This document shows positions 39,046 through 49,182 of a DNA stretch of 64,000 nt, piece after piece. The notes beneath the pieces are model-generated. The model saw nothing but the letters and a program-made list of their open reading frames with translations, was not told where the DNA came from and did not search any database. Both the position numbers and the translations under genes were made by a program. Within the stretch, counting starts at the first letter, position 1; every line of letters starts with the position of its first letter. Source of the stretch: Syntrophales bacterium (lineage in GTDB: Bacteria > Desulfobacterota > Syntrophia > Syntrophales > UBA2185); assembly GCA_049521775.1 (NCBI GenBank), contig JBEKOL010000010.1, forward strand, positions 9,628 through 73,627, read 5' to 3'.

Positions 39046-41703
39046 TTAATGAACGCTGACCCATGTTTGATCAATGAAATCTTTATCTTTATCCCTTTTG
39101 ATGTGAACACCATATTCACTGTATTTGTCGATATCCTCCGTTACAATCAAGGTGCTCTCTGCTACCCAGTCTTTTAACAAGGAAATTTCCTTATCATTCT
39201 TTGCCCAATATCTAAATTTGATATTATTATAACCAATTGTTTCAACACTCAATATAACTGTTTCACCGGAATTTGAAATATTCTTAATGGCTAAAAGACG
39301 GATTCTTGTTTTACGGGTCAGCCTGTAAAAAACTTTTCTGCAAAAGCGCCAGAACCATAAGGGCCCAACTCCTTCGCCGAGTATTCGCTTTAAAACCATT
39401 TTATAGCCTGGCATGAGGGGGGTGGCGGGATGTATTAAATGGGCCACTGAAAAAGATAATATCGCTTTTATACGTTTATGAATATCCAGATTCTCTTTAG
39501 CAGCATTTAATCGTTTTTCAGCATCTGCATAGTGCTTTGTATTGCCGCCGTAAGAAAAATAATAATGAAATAATAGACGCCAATATCCAGGTTTCCATCT
39601 TGCCGGCCAATAATTACGACTCACCTCGATTAATTCAAGCCTTGATCCGTAATTGTCGGAAAAACACTTGGCATCAGGATGAATGCGATATTTGGCAACA
39701 TAGGCATCAATATGAGAGAAAAACGTCTTTTGACTCATCCGTAACCAAAGGTCGTAATCCATCGCAAAATAGAGATTCTCTTTTATCGGACCACAGGTTT
39801 CCCAGATCTTTTTGGTCCAAAAAGTGGCAGGCTGACTGATCGTTCCATATTTCCAGAAACGCAACAGCATATCATGGTCATAGTGCGGATGTACATTTGC
39901 CGGATGCTCAGATAGATAATTACCCCCCGCATCAATAAAACGACTATATCCCATCACCACATCATTTCCCGCGATAATACCCTTTACTGCCTTTTGAATG
40001 GCTCCCGGTTCGTATTCGTCATCGGCACACAACCAAGCCAGGATATCTCCCTGGGCCATAGCGAATCCTTTGTTTATGGCATGGGACTGGCCGCGGTCCT
40101 TCTTTGAGTGAATAATCAGGTGAGGATATCTATGGCAAATATCGAGCGTCCCGTCTGTCGATTTCCCGTCTACGATAATATGCTCAATTTTCGGATAATC
40201 CTGATTTAATACGCTTTTAATGCAATTGTCGATCCACTTTTCCCCATTGAATACAGGAGTAATAATGCTCACAAGAGGTAATGCCCGCAATGCTTGTTCA
40301 TTAACTTGACGTAATACCGCCAACCATGAATCCCGCTTGTGTATCTCTTCTACGGCGTTGTCGCGATCTTGCTTTAGTTCCGCCAACCATGAATCCCGCT
40401 TGTATATCTCTTCTACGGCGTTGTCGCGGTCTTGTTTTAGTTCCGCAAACCATGCATCCCGCTTGTGTATCTCTTCTACAGCATCATTGCGATCCTTGCG
40501 TAAATCTTTATAATCTTTATAGCCCTTCTCCAGGAGCGTATTGATAGATGGCTCGACATATAATCCTTTGTGAACTTCCAGATATTTGATCGTTCCTGCG
40601 AATAATCTTTCTATGGCCTCCACGACATGAACAACTGAAACCATCTTGCAGCAAGGCGCGTCCACCAGCCAACAATCTTGCCATAGACAAGAGGTGCAAG
40701 GGAGCTCCTGCGTAAGCGCCGCGCCATGAGGAGTTACGGGTAAAAAGCGCGGCCAGGTGCCGCCGCCGAAGATCGCGACCACGGGCTTTTCCAAGGCCGC
40801 AGCCATGTGCATCAACCCCGTATCATTGCCTAAATAGAAAAAGGATTGCGCAAGCAATGCACAGGCGAAAGGAATCTCTCCATCCTTCCCCAGCCACACA
40901 GTGGGAGATGCCCCGCGTTGTCTGGCTAAATCAACCACTTTATCGACAATTACTCTTTCCGATTCGTGAGCAACAATTAGGGTCTTCAACGAATATTTTT
41001 TTTCAAGATGGTCGATCATTTCTGCAAACTTTTTTTCCGGCCATTTCTTAAGCGAAATATTCGAGACGCCTGCGGGGAAACAATAAACAAACTGGCCTGC
41101 CCTCAGTCCAGCCGCGTCGAGAAAGTCTTGCGCTTTCTTCGTTTCGTCAGCCGGCACTGAAAGGCGCGGCAGGGCCAGAGGTGCCGATTCGCCGGTCAGA
41201 TGGTTCCAGAGGGTCTGGTACTTTTCCGTTTCGTGACTCCCCTCTTCCACCGGAACACATGCATCATAATAGTTTTCAGGATGGTCACTACCAAAATTCG
41301 CACATAGCTCCGCCGCATCAGGAGCGATCGGTCCCGCATCGCCGATGGCTACGCGCCTCGCGGAAATCAATGTTGCGGCCAGCAGATCGTCAGGCCAGGG
41401 ACGATTATAGGTTGTGGTCAACAGCAGGTCATACGACTCCTTTTTCAGTTCCTCCAGCAACGATGTTATTTCTTGAGGATCGGACGGCTTCTTATAAGGA
41501 TGAATCCGCGTGGTTTTCCAAAGCAAACGCTCGGGAAACAGAGCCGCCAATTGATCATATCCCTCCCGTACCAGGAGCGTGATCCGGGCTTCGGGCAGGA
41601 AATCAAGAAGCGCCTTGATGAATCCCTGCAGCAGGACAATATCGCCGAAGGTATCAAAACGAGGAATCAAAATATTATAGAATTTTCTTATATCGAGTAA
41701 CAT
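39046..41703 (-). CDS. GT9 - coiled-coil repeat - GT2 multidomain glycosyltransferase
   Basis: GT9 motifs RFDTFGDIVL and GNDTGLMHMAAA; three 21-aa repeats; GT2 motifs PLVSIITPVFN, WLCADD, MDYDLW. Confidence 0.88.
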   Translation of the reverse strand: MLLDIRKFYNILIPRFDTFGDIVLLQGFIKALLDFLPEARITLLVREGYDQLAALFPERLLWKTTRIHPYKKPSDPQEITSLLEELKKESYDLLLTTTYNRPWPDDLLAATLISARRVAIGDAGPIAPDAAELCANFGSDHPENYYDACVPVEEGSHETEKYQTLWNHLTGESAPLALPRLSVPADETKKAQDFLDAAGLRAGQFVYCFPAGVSNISLKKWPEKKFAEMIDHLEKKYSLKTLIVAHESERVIVDKVVDLARQRGASPTVWLGKDGEIPFACALLAQSFFYLGNDTGLMHMAAALEKPVVAIFGGGTWPRFLPVTPHGAALTQELPCTSCLWQDCWLVDAPCCKMVSVVHVVEAIERLFAGTIKYLEVHKGLYVEPSINTLLEKGYKDYKDLRKDRNDAVEEIHKRDAWFAELKQDRDNAVEEIYKRDSWLAELKQDRDNAVEEIHKRDSWLAVLRQVNEQALRALPLVSIITPVFNGEKWIDNCIKSVLNQDYPKIEHIIVDGKSTDGTLDICHRYPHLIIHSKKDRGQSHAINKGFAMAQGDILAWLCADDEYEPGAIQKAVKGIIAGNDVVMGYSRFIDAGGNYLSEHPANVHPHYDHDMLLRFWKYGTISQPATFWTKKIWETCGPIKENLYFAMDYDLWLRMSQKTFFSHIDAYVAKYRIHPDAKCFSDNYGSRLELIEVSRNYWPARWKPGYWRLLFHYYFSYGGNTKHYADAEKRLNAAKENLDIHKRIKAILSFSVAHLIHPATPLMPGYKMVLKRILGEGVGPLWFWRFCRKVFYRLTRKTRIRLLAIKNISNSGETVILSVETIGYNNIKFRYWAKNDKEISLLKDWVAESTLIVTEDIDKYSEYGVHIKRDKDKDFIDQTWVSVH
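40317..40494 (-). repeat. 63-bp coding tandem repeat, about 3 copies (DRxxAVEEIxKRDxWxAELKQ)
   Basis: Units start at 40317, 40380 and 40443 and are nearly identical at DNA level. Confidence 0.92.
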
Positions 41704-41814
41704 TCTATTCCATTATCAATCATCAATCCATTTTCTACTTAATACCATCACATAAACTTTTTTTACGATTTAAGAAAAGATTCTAAATTACTCACCCTCA
41801 TTATAATCATAAGT

Positions 41815-44145
41815 TTAGATTGCTTTGCGTATTCTTCTTAAGAATATAGCCAAGCGGCGAAACGGCGCCGTCAGACGCCAGGAGCTTGATGTGAGAATAG
41901 CTTGGAGATGCAATTGATAAGTCTCTTCCTGTTTAATTAAGCGTTCCTCCATATTTTGAATAACACCAAGACTGGCTTCCTGATCTGCTTTTGACGCTTT
42001 TAAGCGACAGGACACATCGTCCAATTCTATTTTATACTTCTGCAATTGCTTCACCACATCGGACACCTGGTTAAAAACGGCTATAACTGGTTTATCAAGC
42101 GTAGCAGCCATATACATAAGATCTGTATTATGACTTAAATAGAAAGAGGGGCTCTGAATTAGGGAACTTGCCTGTAACAAGTCATCATCTGTAAATTGCA
42201 CCAAATGATCACATATTCCCATTTTTATCTTTCTGATACCAATCAATGCTTCAACCTGTTGGAATAAGTCACATGCTTTTTCATTTCCGTAAATTTCAAT
42301 AATAATGTCCTTCAACTCTTCCATGACCTTCAGTGATTCTTCTGAAGCATTATTATCAATTAGTTTCTTTATTGCTTGAATAAGCGTCTGGTAAAGATCG
42401 TCGTGTTCGCCATTAAGATAGAAGCTTGATGTCTTGATGCTCTTGGGTAATCTCGTTGGAAAATGTTTAGCAAGATATAGTAACCTATTTCGCGAACAGA
42501 AATAGTTTGCAAGTTCGGAAGATGCAACCCCATGATACATATGGTATACAACACTCATGGGAGAATAAAATATTTTCCATCCTGTTTTCTTGCATCTGGT
42601 GCTGAAATCTGTGTCTTCAAAAAACATCATGAATTCTTCATCAATACTTCCAACACTTTCAAGACATGACCTCCTCAACAGAACAGAACCACCAGAAAAA
42701 GAGTTTATTTCTTTTACTTCTTCATATTGTCCATAATCTTCTTCACAAAATCCTATATCTCCATAATTAAAATCCGCCCGTTCTTCTACGCCAACACTAT
42801 TAATCTTGCCTCCTTCAAAAAAAATCTTGCTCTGAACGGCACCAACCTTTTCATCCTGAAGCATCACATCCAAAAGACCCCGAAGCCAATTTTTTTCAAC
42901 TCGTGTATCATTATTGAGAAAAGCAACATAATCCCCAGAAGCATTCCTAACGCCCAGGTTGAGCGCCCTGGCAAAATTGTTTAAATCATTTTCAATAACT
43001 TTAATCGTCGGATATTTACATCTAATGTAATTAACTGAATCGTCCTGCGAAAGATTGTCAACCATGATTATCTCTAACGAAATATTATCTCTATCCATAT
43101 TCAACAGAGAATCGAAACATGATTCCAAATATTTCTTGCCGTTGTAATTAACTACAATAACTGTGACTTTGACCCTAACTGCCCCGTTACCATTCATTTC
43201 TTCGTTCGATATTAAGTTCTTCTTGTATAGTTTCACATCACTTGTTTGTATCTTATCAGTCTGATCTTTTGCCATATAACTTAGATCATTCTGATTTCTT
43301 ATCTCTTCATTATAAAACATTCTGTGAGCTTCATTAAATTCTATTCTAATATCTTCAATATCCATTTTTATTTTATCATCTAATCCATCAGTACCGGATA
43401 GATCGGACAAAAGATTATAGTATATTGAAATAAAACTAGGACAGGTGATCACTACATTATCACCAATACAATTATGATGTTTGAGACCCGGATCCAAAAA
43501 AGCCTCTATATCTCTTCTGATATCCTGCCATTTTCTAGGGTAGTTAATATCAAATCTATCGGCAATACGAGTAAACGTCCCCTCAGGATCCCTTAACATA
43601 TCGTCAAAAGAAAGAAAATATCTTCGAAATGGTCTACTGTAATATTCTGCTGTCGTCATGTACTTCATCCATAAAAGAAGACTTTTCTCAATCGTAAAGT
43701 TATTTCTTTTGTTGAGGGAGTTTCCTACTTCCAGGGGATTTCGTATCGGTAAAATACATACCGGATCAATATCGAGATCTTCAAATACGCTTTTCCATAA
43801 TGGGAACAATATAGAAAGGCGAGGGTCCTTAATGCAAAAAATTGAATCGTCTTTGAATTCCCTTTCAACAATCTCAATTATATTCTGCCGATAAGAGTCT
43901 AATCTCGGCATTTTCCACCAATCATCGTGCATAAAGAACAAATCATCCCATGATGAATTTAATGTTTTCAGTATCCCTTCATTGACGTTATATATATCCA
44001 AATTCTCGAAGAAACCTTTTTCATTATCTTCTTCAGCCGGAGCCATCAACCGAGACCCCATATTAATGCCAAGTTGATTTATTACGCCGGCAACAGCAGA
44101 AGTACCGCTTCTGTGACAACCCAGTATTGTTATACATTTTCTCAT
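41815..44145 (-). CDS. Sulfotransferase-like - GT2 - coiled-coil protein with WbdD-like C-terminal amphipathic helix
   Basis: LGCHRSGTS (5'-PSB-like), IKDPR, IRNPLEVGNSL (3'-PB-like); GT2 VIVVNYNG, FLNND, EDTD; ends SSSWRLTAPFRRL. Confidence 0.82.
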   Translation of the reverse strand: MRKCITILGCHRSGTSAVAGVINQLGINMGSRLMAPAEEDNEKGFFENLDIYNVNEGILKTLNSSWDDLFFMHDDWWKMPRLDSYRQNIIEIVEREFKDDSIFCIKDPRLSILFPLWKSVFEDLDIDPVCILPIRNPLEVGNSLNKRNNFTIEKSLLLWMKYMTTAEYYSRPFRRYFLSFDDMLRDPEGTFTRIADRFDINYPRKWQDIRRDIEAFLDPGLKHHNCIGDNVVITCPSFISIYYNLLSDLSGTDGLDDKIKMDIEDIRIEFNEAHRMFYNEEIRNQNDLSYMAKDQTDKIQTSDVKLYKKNLISNEEMNGNGAVRVKVTVIVVNYNGKKYLESCFDSLLNMDRDNISLEIIMVDNLSQDDSVNYIRCKYPTIKVIENDLNNFARALNLGVRNASGDYVAFLNNDTRVEKNWLRGLLDVMLQDEKVGAVQSKIFFEGGKINSVGVEERADFNYGDIGFCEEDYGQYEEVKEINSFSGGSVLLRRSCLESVGSIDEEFMMFFEDTDFSTRCKKTGWKIFYSPMSVVYHMYHGVASSELANYFCSRNRLLYLAKHFPTRLPKSIKTSSFYLNGEHDDLYQTLIQAIKKLIDNNASEESLKVMEELKDIIIEIYGNEKACDLFQQVEALIGIRKIKMGICDHLVQFTDDDLLQASSLIQSPSFYLSHNTDLMYMAATLDKPVIAVFNQVSDVVKQLQKYKIELDDVSCRLKASKADQEASLGVIQNMEERLIKQEETYQLHLQAILTSSSWRLTAPFRRLAIFLRRIRKAI

Positions 44146-44200
44146 TTTTATCTCTGTTTCTACAAATAATCGGCAAATAGATATTATTTGCTATAAAAAC

Positions 44201-44229
44201 AACTCCCCGGGCTAAAGCCTTGGGTTTCT
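44201..44229 (-). mobile_element. Isolated IS200/IS605-type end hairpin (remnant)
   Basis: Minus strand AGAAACCCAAGGCTTTAGCCCGGGGAGTT: imperfect stem with a TTTA loop resembling IS605 subterminal hairpins; no transposase nearby. Confidence 0.5.
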
Positions 44230-44254
44230 AGCCTCTGGCATACCTGCCACAAGT

Positions 44255-45082
44255 CTACGCCCTTGCCAGATTATGCAGGAATGGCTTGCGCCTCGCTCCG
44301 GGGGGTAATTTCACCAAAAGGGGCACATCTAAAACAGCATCATGGCTGATACCGTGTTCCCACAGACCGTCTTCGCCCCAAGCATCGCCGTGATCGGCGC
44401 AGATTATGATCAGGCCATCACTGAAACGCTGGATCATGCTATCGATGTGCGCATCGATAAATTCAAGGCAAGCAATCTGTCTCCGTCGGCACTCTTGGGC
44501 GTCATTATTCACGCTAAACGGGACGCAAGGGTTGTATGACGCATCCCAGGAGGCGCCGTCATGATAATACGGTACATGGGTTTCACCGATATTCAAAAAA
44601 ACAAAATGAGGCGGAGGACATTGGCTCAAGCGCTCATGGATCCACTGTAACTGCTTTAAAAGCGAACAAGAATTACCAGGGTAATAAAAATCGTTGAAAC
44701 TTTGGGTCAGAATTTTACCTGTTTCTGAAGAAGGGTCAAACCAGCCAACGGCACCGCTGCCAAGCGTCGCGTAGCCCAATTTCCGGAGACCATCGATAAT
44801 ATTCGACCCCTCCAGCTCTAAATAAGGAGGATGGTAACCGGCAAAACCGCCTCCTTTCATGCGAAATATCTTGCCATATTTCGGATTGACGTAAGGCTCC
44901 GCAAGGGATGCGACGCCTGGAGTGAATCCCATGAAAAAAGAAGCATGCGCCCCATAGGTAAAGTGGGATGAGGATTTTGCGCGGAAAAGCTCACCGACAC
45001 GCTTCAGATTCGGCGCATTTGCAGACACGAATGTGTCATAACGGCAGGAATCCAACGTAACAAACAGGATATTTGCGGACAT
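44255..45082 (-). CDS. Alkaline-phosphatase/sulfatase-superfamily metalloenzyme
   Basis: ILFVTLDSCRYD, HFTYGAH, ETHVPY, CADHGDAWGEDG..HG..VPL; ATG 45082 preferred over 45136. Confidence 0.8.
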   Translation of the reverse strand: MSANILFVTLDSCRYDTFVSANAPNLKRVGELFRAKSSSHFTYGAHASFFMGFTPGVASLAEPYVNPKYGKIFRMKGGGFAGYHPPYLELEGSNIIDGLRKLGYATLGSGAVGWFDPSSETGKILTQSFNDFYYPGNSCSLLKQLQWIHERLSQCPPPHFVFLNIGETHVPYYHDGASWDASYNPCVPFSVNNDAQECRRRQIACLEFIDAHIDSMIQRFSDGLIIICADHGDAWGEDGLWEHGISHDAVLDVPLLVKLPPGARRKPFLHNLARA

Positions 45083-45132
45083 TCTCTTACCTTTTCTCTT
45101 TATCTGTTTGCATCGCGACGACAGGGTGCTGT

Positions 45133-46395
45133 TCAATTTTCGATAAAGGCCATATCGATATCGAGCACACCCCAGGAGGTTGAATTTTCCTTCTTGAAAA
45201 TTTCAAACGAAAGGGCGCCCACCTGCTTGTCGATCAGCGTGAAGAGATGATCGGACATCCGCTCCTCCAAGCGGAGATTAATAAAATATTCGCCTGGGCC
45301 CAGCGGCGCCTGAAACCGGCATTGGATACCATGAGTGGATAAATCCCCGCCATTCTCGTTTTTCGGCAAACAGCAGTATTTACCGGCGAGGACAAGCATT
45401 CGTTGATCCAGGATAATCAGGGAAAGGCATGGATTCTGGATGGAACCGTCGTATTCGACCTCCGCCGTCACGGTAATCATATCGCCGGACTCAAAAGCAC
45501 CTCGCGTGGTTTGGTTGTTCTCAAAGACCGCCTTGACGACACGCCCCTGGTCGGTTCCAAAGGCAAACTGTCCATCCTCCGCCACCTGCGCCTTGACGGC
45601 GACGGTCCTGTTGATGGAACTTGCCATCTGTTCCTGTCTTGCGTTCATCAGATAGGTCTCCGTAACCTCTAGCGATGGGCCGAAGGCAGCGGTCCGTCCC
45701 TGTTCCAAAAGCAGGGTGAAATCGCAGAAACTGCGGACTAGACCAATGTCATGGGACACGAAAAGAAGCGTCGTTCCGCTTTCAATGAGTTGATGCAGGC
45801 GTTCGAGGCATTTAAATTGAAATGCCATGTCACCCACGGCCAATGCCTCATCTACGATCAGAATTTCAGGCTGCACGCAGACTGATACGGCAAAGGCGAG
45901 TCGCACAAGCATACCGCTTGAATAGGTCTTGACTGGCTGCTCGATGAAGTCGCCGATGTTGGCAAAAGCTGCGATTTCCGGGAAGCGGGCGTTGATTTCC
46001 TTCTGCGATAATCCCAAGACGGAGGCATTCATGAACACATTCTCCCGGCCCGTAAATTCCGTGTTAAACCCGCTCCCCAGTTCAAGGAGCGCTGCAACCC
46101 GTCCGTTAAGCTTCACGCTGCCGCAGGTAGGAGACAGTGTTCCGGCAATCATCTGCAGGAGCGTCGATTTACCCGATCCGTTTCTACCGATGATACCGAC
46201 GCTTTCGCCCCGTCTCACGTTGAAAGTGACGTCCCTGAGCGCCCAAAACTCACGGAAATAATGATGCGGAGGTTGTTTTGCAAGGCGCTGAAGGCGAGGC
46301 AGGACGAATTGTTTGAGCCGATCCCGCGGTGCATTGTAGATCTGATAGCACTTGCCCAGGTTTTCCACGCGGATGGCTATATCATCAGAGGACAT
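45133..46395 (-). CDS. wzt: Polysaccharide ABC exporter ATPase with C-terminal carbohydrate-binding module
   Basis: FWALRDV, GRNGSGKST, YSSGM..RLAF, DEALAVGD, long Wzt_C-like tail; ATG 46395 overlaps the wzm end. Confidence 0.93.
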   Translation of the reverse strand: MSSDDIAIRVENLGKCYQIYNAPRDRLKQFVLPRLQRLAKQPPHHYFREFWALRDVTFNVRRGESVGIIGRNGSGKSTLLQMIAGTLSPTCGSVKLNGRVAALLELGSGFNTEFTGRENVFMNASVLGLSQKEINARFPEIAAFANIGDFIEQPVKTYSSGMLVRLAFAVSVCVQPEILIVDEALAVGDMAFQFKCLERLHQLIESGTTLLFVSHDIGLVRSFCDFTLLLEQGRTAAFGPSLEVTETYLMNARQEQMASSINRTVAVKAQVAEDGQFAFGTDQGRVVKAVFENNQTTRGAFESGDMITVTAEVEYDGSIQNPCLSLIILDQRMLVLAGKYCCLPKNENGGDLSTHGIQCRFQAPLGPGEYFINLRLEERMSDHLFTLIDKQVGALSFEIFKKENSTSWGVLDIDMAFIEN

Positions 46396-47215
46396 CGGCA
46401 AAGCCTTTTCTCGTTTTCTGGAACCACCAGAAGCCCGCCCAGGCAATGGATAGGCTGATAAGGCTGTAGATACCAAGCCCCTCCCAATCCGGCATACGCC
46501 CGCTAAGGAGAACGACACGTGCCTGCTCAATGATAAAAGTGAGCGGATTGGCCATGATCAAGGGTTGGTATTCTTTTGGCAGAGCAGAGACAGGATAGAA
46601 AACCGGAGCGAGAAACATCATTACCGTCGTGATGATGCCTGTGATCTGCCCTATATCCCTGGCGAAAACACCAAGGGAGGCCAGAAACCAAGCAAAGCCG
46701 AGGGTGGCGATGGTCAGTGGAAGCACCACGGCCGGCAAAAACAATACCGTCCAGTGCAGGTATCCGTTCATCGTGAAAAAAGCGGCAAGCAGGACCATAA
46801 CGCTCACGATGGCCTGGAAAAGGGCCGAGCACATAGCCACCATGGGGAGTGTTTCCAGGGGGAAAACGACCTTTTTGACGTAATTAACATTGGAGAGGAT
46901 AAGTCCGGGCGCCCGGTTGACACATTCCGCAAAGAGCCCGTGGATGATCATCCCTACAAAGAGCGTAATGGCGAAACTTGCCTTGCTCTCTTCACTGCCG
47001 ATACCCCATTTCATTTTAAAAACAATTGAAAAAACAAATGTATAAACGCAAAGCATAAACAGCGGATGAAAAAAAGACCAAGCCAAGCCCATAAAGGAAC
47101 CACGGTAGCGACCGACGACTTCGCGATAGGTCATCTGCCGGATGAGCTGTCGGTTGCGCCAGAAGCTGTTGACCATAGCCAGCGGTGATGTGCGAAGCGC
47201 GCCGTGGGCATTCAT
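46385..47215 (-). CDS. wzm: Polysaccharide ABC exporter permease
   Basis: RYRGSFMGLAW, NYVKKVVFP, PVFYP, NPL, GFADVL. Confidence 0.94.
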   Translation of the reverse strand: MNAHGALRTSPLAMVNSFWRNRQLIRQMTYREVVGRYRGSFMGLAWSFFHPLFMLCVYTFVFSIVFKMKWGIGSEESKASFAITLFVGMIIHGLFAECVNRAPGLILSNVNYVKKVVFPLETLPMVAMCSALFQAIVSVMVLLAAFFTMNGYLHWTVLFLPAVVLPLTIATLGFAWFLASLGVFARDIGQITGIITTVMMFLAPVFYPVSALPKEYQPLIMANPLTFIIEQARVVLLSGRMPDWEGLGIYSLISLSIAWAGFWWFQKTRKGFADVL

Positions 47216-47277
47216 ATTTCTGATATCCTTAAAAAAAGAATTTTCCCAAACGATGGGCGATAGGACAGACAGACATT

Positions 47278-49182
47278 TTACCGCTGTGTCAGGATGTCCC
47301 GCTTCAGTCTGTCAATAATGAGGTCGACACTGTTCTCCACGCTTTGCAGATCTGTTTCCAGTGTGATTTCCGGATTACGCGGCGCCTCATAGGGTGATGA
47401 GACGCCCGTAAAGTCCTTGATCTCGCCGGTAATGGCCTTTTGATACAGCCCGTTAGGATCACGCATTCGACAGATGTCCAGATCACATTTGACATAGACT
47501 TCAAAAAAGCTTCCCGCAGGAAATAGTGATCTTACAAACACCCTGTCTTTTTCAAACGGCGATATAAATGTACAGATGACAATATGGCCGGCTTCAAAAA
47601 AGAGTCTTGCCACTTCTCCCACTCTTCGGATATTCTCCGACCTGTCCCTGTCGGAAAAACCCAGATCTCCGCAGAGGCCATGTCTGATATTATCTCCATC
47701 CAGGAGCATGGTCTGGCAGCCGGTTTCAAATAATTTCTTTTCGAGGCCACGTGCTATTGTTGATTTTCCCGATCCGGAGTATCCGGTCAGCCACAGGACA
47801 GAACTCCTATGGCCAAATCTCATCTCTCTCATTCCGCGGGGGATGTTCCAGCCGCTCCAGGTGGTATGGGGAGATTTCTTTTGCTTTACCGTTTCACCTT
47901 CCTTTTGCCCGATCAGATCATCTATTCGCTTCACGGCGCCTCTTATCATACCTGCCGCAACGGTTTTGTTTGTTAAAGGGTCAATTAAGATAAAACTCCC
48001 GGTCCCATGATTCACCCTATAGGGATCGAAAAAGATCGGCAATGCCGTTCTGATTTCCACTCTGCCGATTTCGTTGAGCGCCAGGGTTTCAACACCCCGT
48101 TCCCTGTGCAGGGTATTCACATCGATCTTGTACAATATTTCTGAAATAAAGGCCCTCACGCTCCGGGTTGTATGTTTAAGGATGTATGGCACGCTCATCG
48201 ACAGATGCTGTTCGTCCATCCAGCAAATCGTGGCTTCAATATAACCGCTCACCTGGGGCAGATTGTTTTTTCTGACAAGCATATCCCCTCGACTGATATC
48301 GATTTCATCATTCAGGGTGAGAACGACAGACTGAGAAGCGAACGCTTCGTCCAGCTCTTCATCATAGGTCGTGATGAATTTAACCGTTGTCTGTCTTCCC
48401 GAAGGTAAGACGATGACTTCTTCACCAGGACTGATGGTACCAGATGCTATCCGTCCTGAAAAACCCCTGAAATCAAGATGCGGGCGGATAACATACTGGA
48501 CTGGAAATCGAAAATCGACCAGATTCCGGTCGGCAGTCACATGGACGCTCTCAAGATGGTGCAGAAGGGTCGCTCCGTCATACCACGGCATGCGAGAACT
48601 CTTCTCGACAAGATTATCACCGATGAGTGCGGAAACCGGGATAAAGACCACGTTGTGGATATCAAGCTTTTCGGAGAACGCCGTATATTGTTCAACGATG
48701 TCGCGATAGACTCCTTCAGAGTAATCAACGAGATCCATTTTATTGACGGCAACAATCAAATGGGGGATCTGTAAAAGGGAAACAATAAAGCCGTGGCGCT
48801 TGGACTGGGTGAGTATGCCGTTTCTTGCATCGATCAGGATGACGGCGAGATCTGCCGTCGAGGCGCCTGTAATCATGTTACGTGTATATTGGATATGACC
48901 GGGTGTATCGGCAATAATGAATTTTCTCGACGGCGTTTCAAAATAGCGGTAGGCGACATCAATGGTAATGTTCTGTTCCCTTTCGGCAGACAGTCCATCG
49001 AGAAGCAGCGCCAGATCGACTTCATTCATGCCTTTTCTTTTTGAGGTTGTTTCAATTGCGGCATATTGATCTTCATAAATTGATTTCGTTTCAAAGAGGA
49101 GACGGCCGATCAGAGTGGATTTCCCGTCATCGACACTCCCGGTCGTCGTGAAGCGAAGCAGTGTCTTTTCCCTGAGCGTCAT
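47278..49182 (-). CDS. cysNC: Bifunctional sulfate adenylyltransferase subunit 1 / APS kinase (CysNC, NodQ-type)
   Basis: GSVDDGKST, ITIDVAYRYF, DTPGH, NKMD; C-terminal WLTGYSGSGKST, LDGDNIRHGL; TGATG overlap with cysD. Confidence 0.96.
   Translation of the reverse strand: MTLREKTLLRFTTTGSVDDGKSTLIGRLLFETKSIYEDQYAAIETTSKRKGMNEVDLALLLDGLSAEREQNITIDVAYRYFETPSRKFIIADTPGHIQYTRNMITGASTADLAVILIDARNGILTQSKRHGFIVSLLQIPHLIVAVNKMDLVDYSEGVYRDIVEQYTAFSEKLDIHNVVFIPVSALIGDNLVEKSSRMPWYDGATLLHHLESVHVTADRNLVDFRFPVQYVIRPHLDFRGFSGRIASGTISPGEEVIVLPSGRQTTVKFITTYDEELDEAFASQSVVLTLNDEIDISRGDMLVRKNNLPQVSGYIEATICWMDEQHLSMSVPYILKHTTRSVRAFISEILYKIDVNTLHRERGVETLALNEIGRVEIRTALPIFFDPYRVNHGTGSFILIDPLTNKTVAAGMIRGAVKRIDDLIGQKEGETVKQKKSPHTTWSGWNIPRGMREMRFGHRSSVLWLTGYSGSGKSTIARGLEKKLFETGCQTMLLDGDNIRHGLCGDLGFSDRDRSENIRRVGEVARLFFEAGHIVICTFISPFEKDRVFVRSLFPAGSFFEVYVKCDLDICRMRDPNGLYQKAITGEIKDFTGVSSPYEAPRNPEITLETDLQSVENSVDLIIDRLKRDILTQR

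Noticed and set aside
40317-40494. 63-bp repeats as a possible CRISPR array
   Set aside because: Head-to-tail with no unique spacers, in frame within a CDS, and no cas genes.
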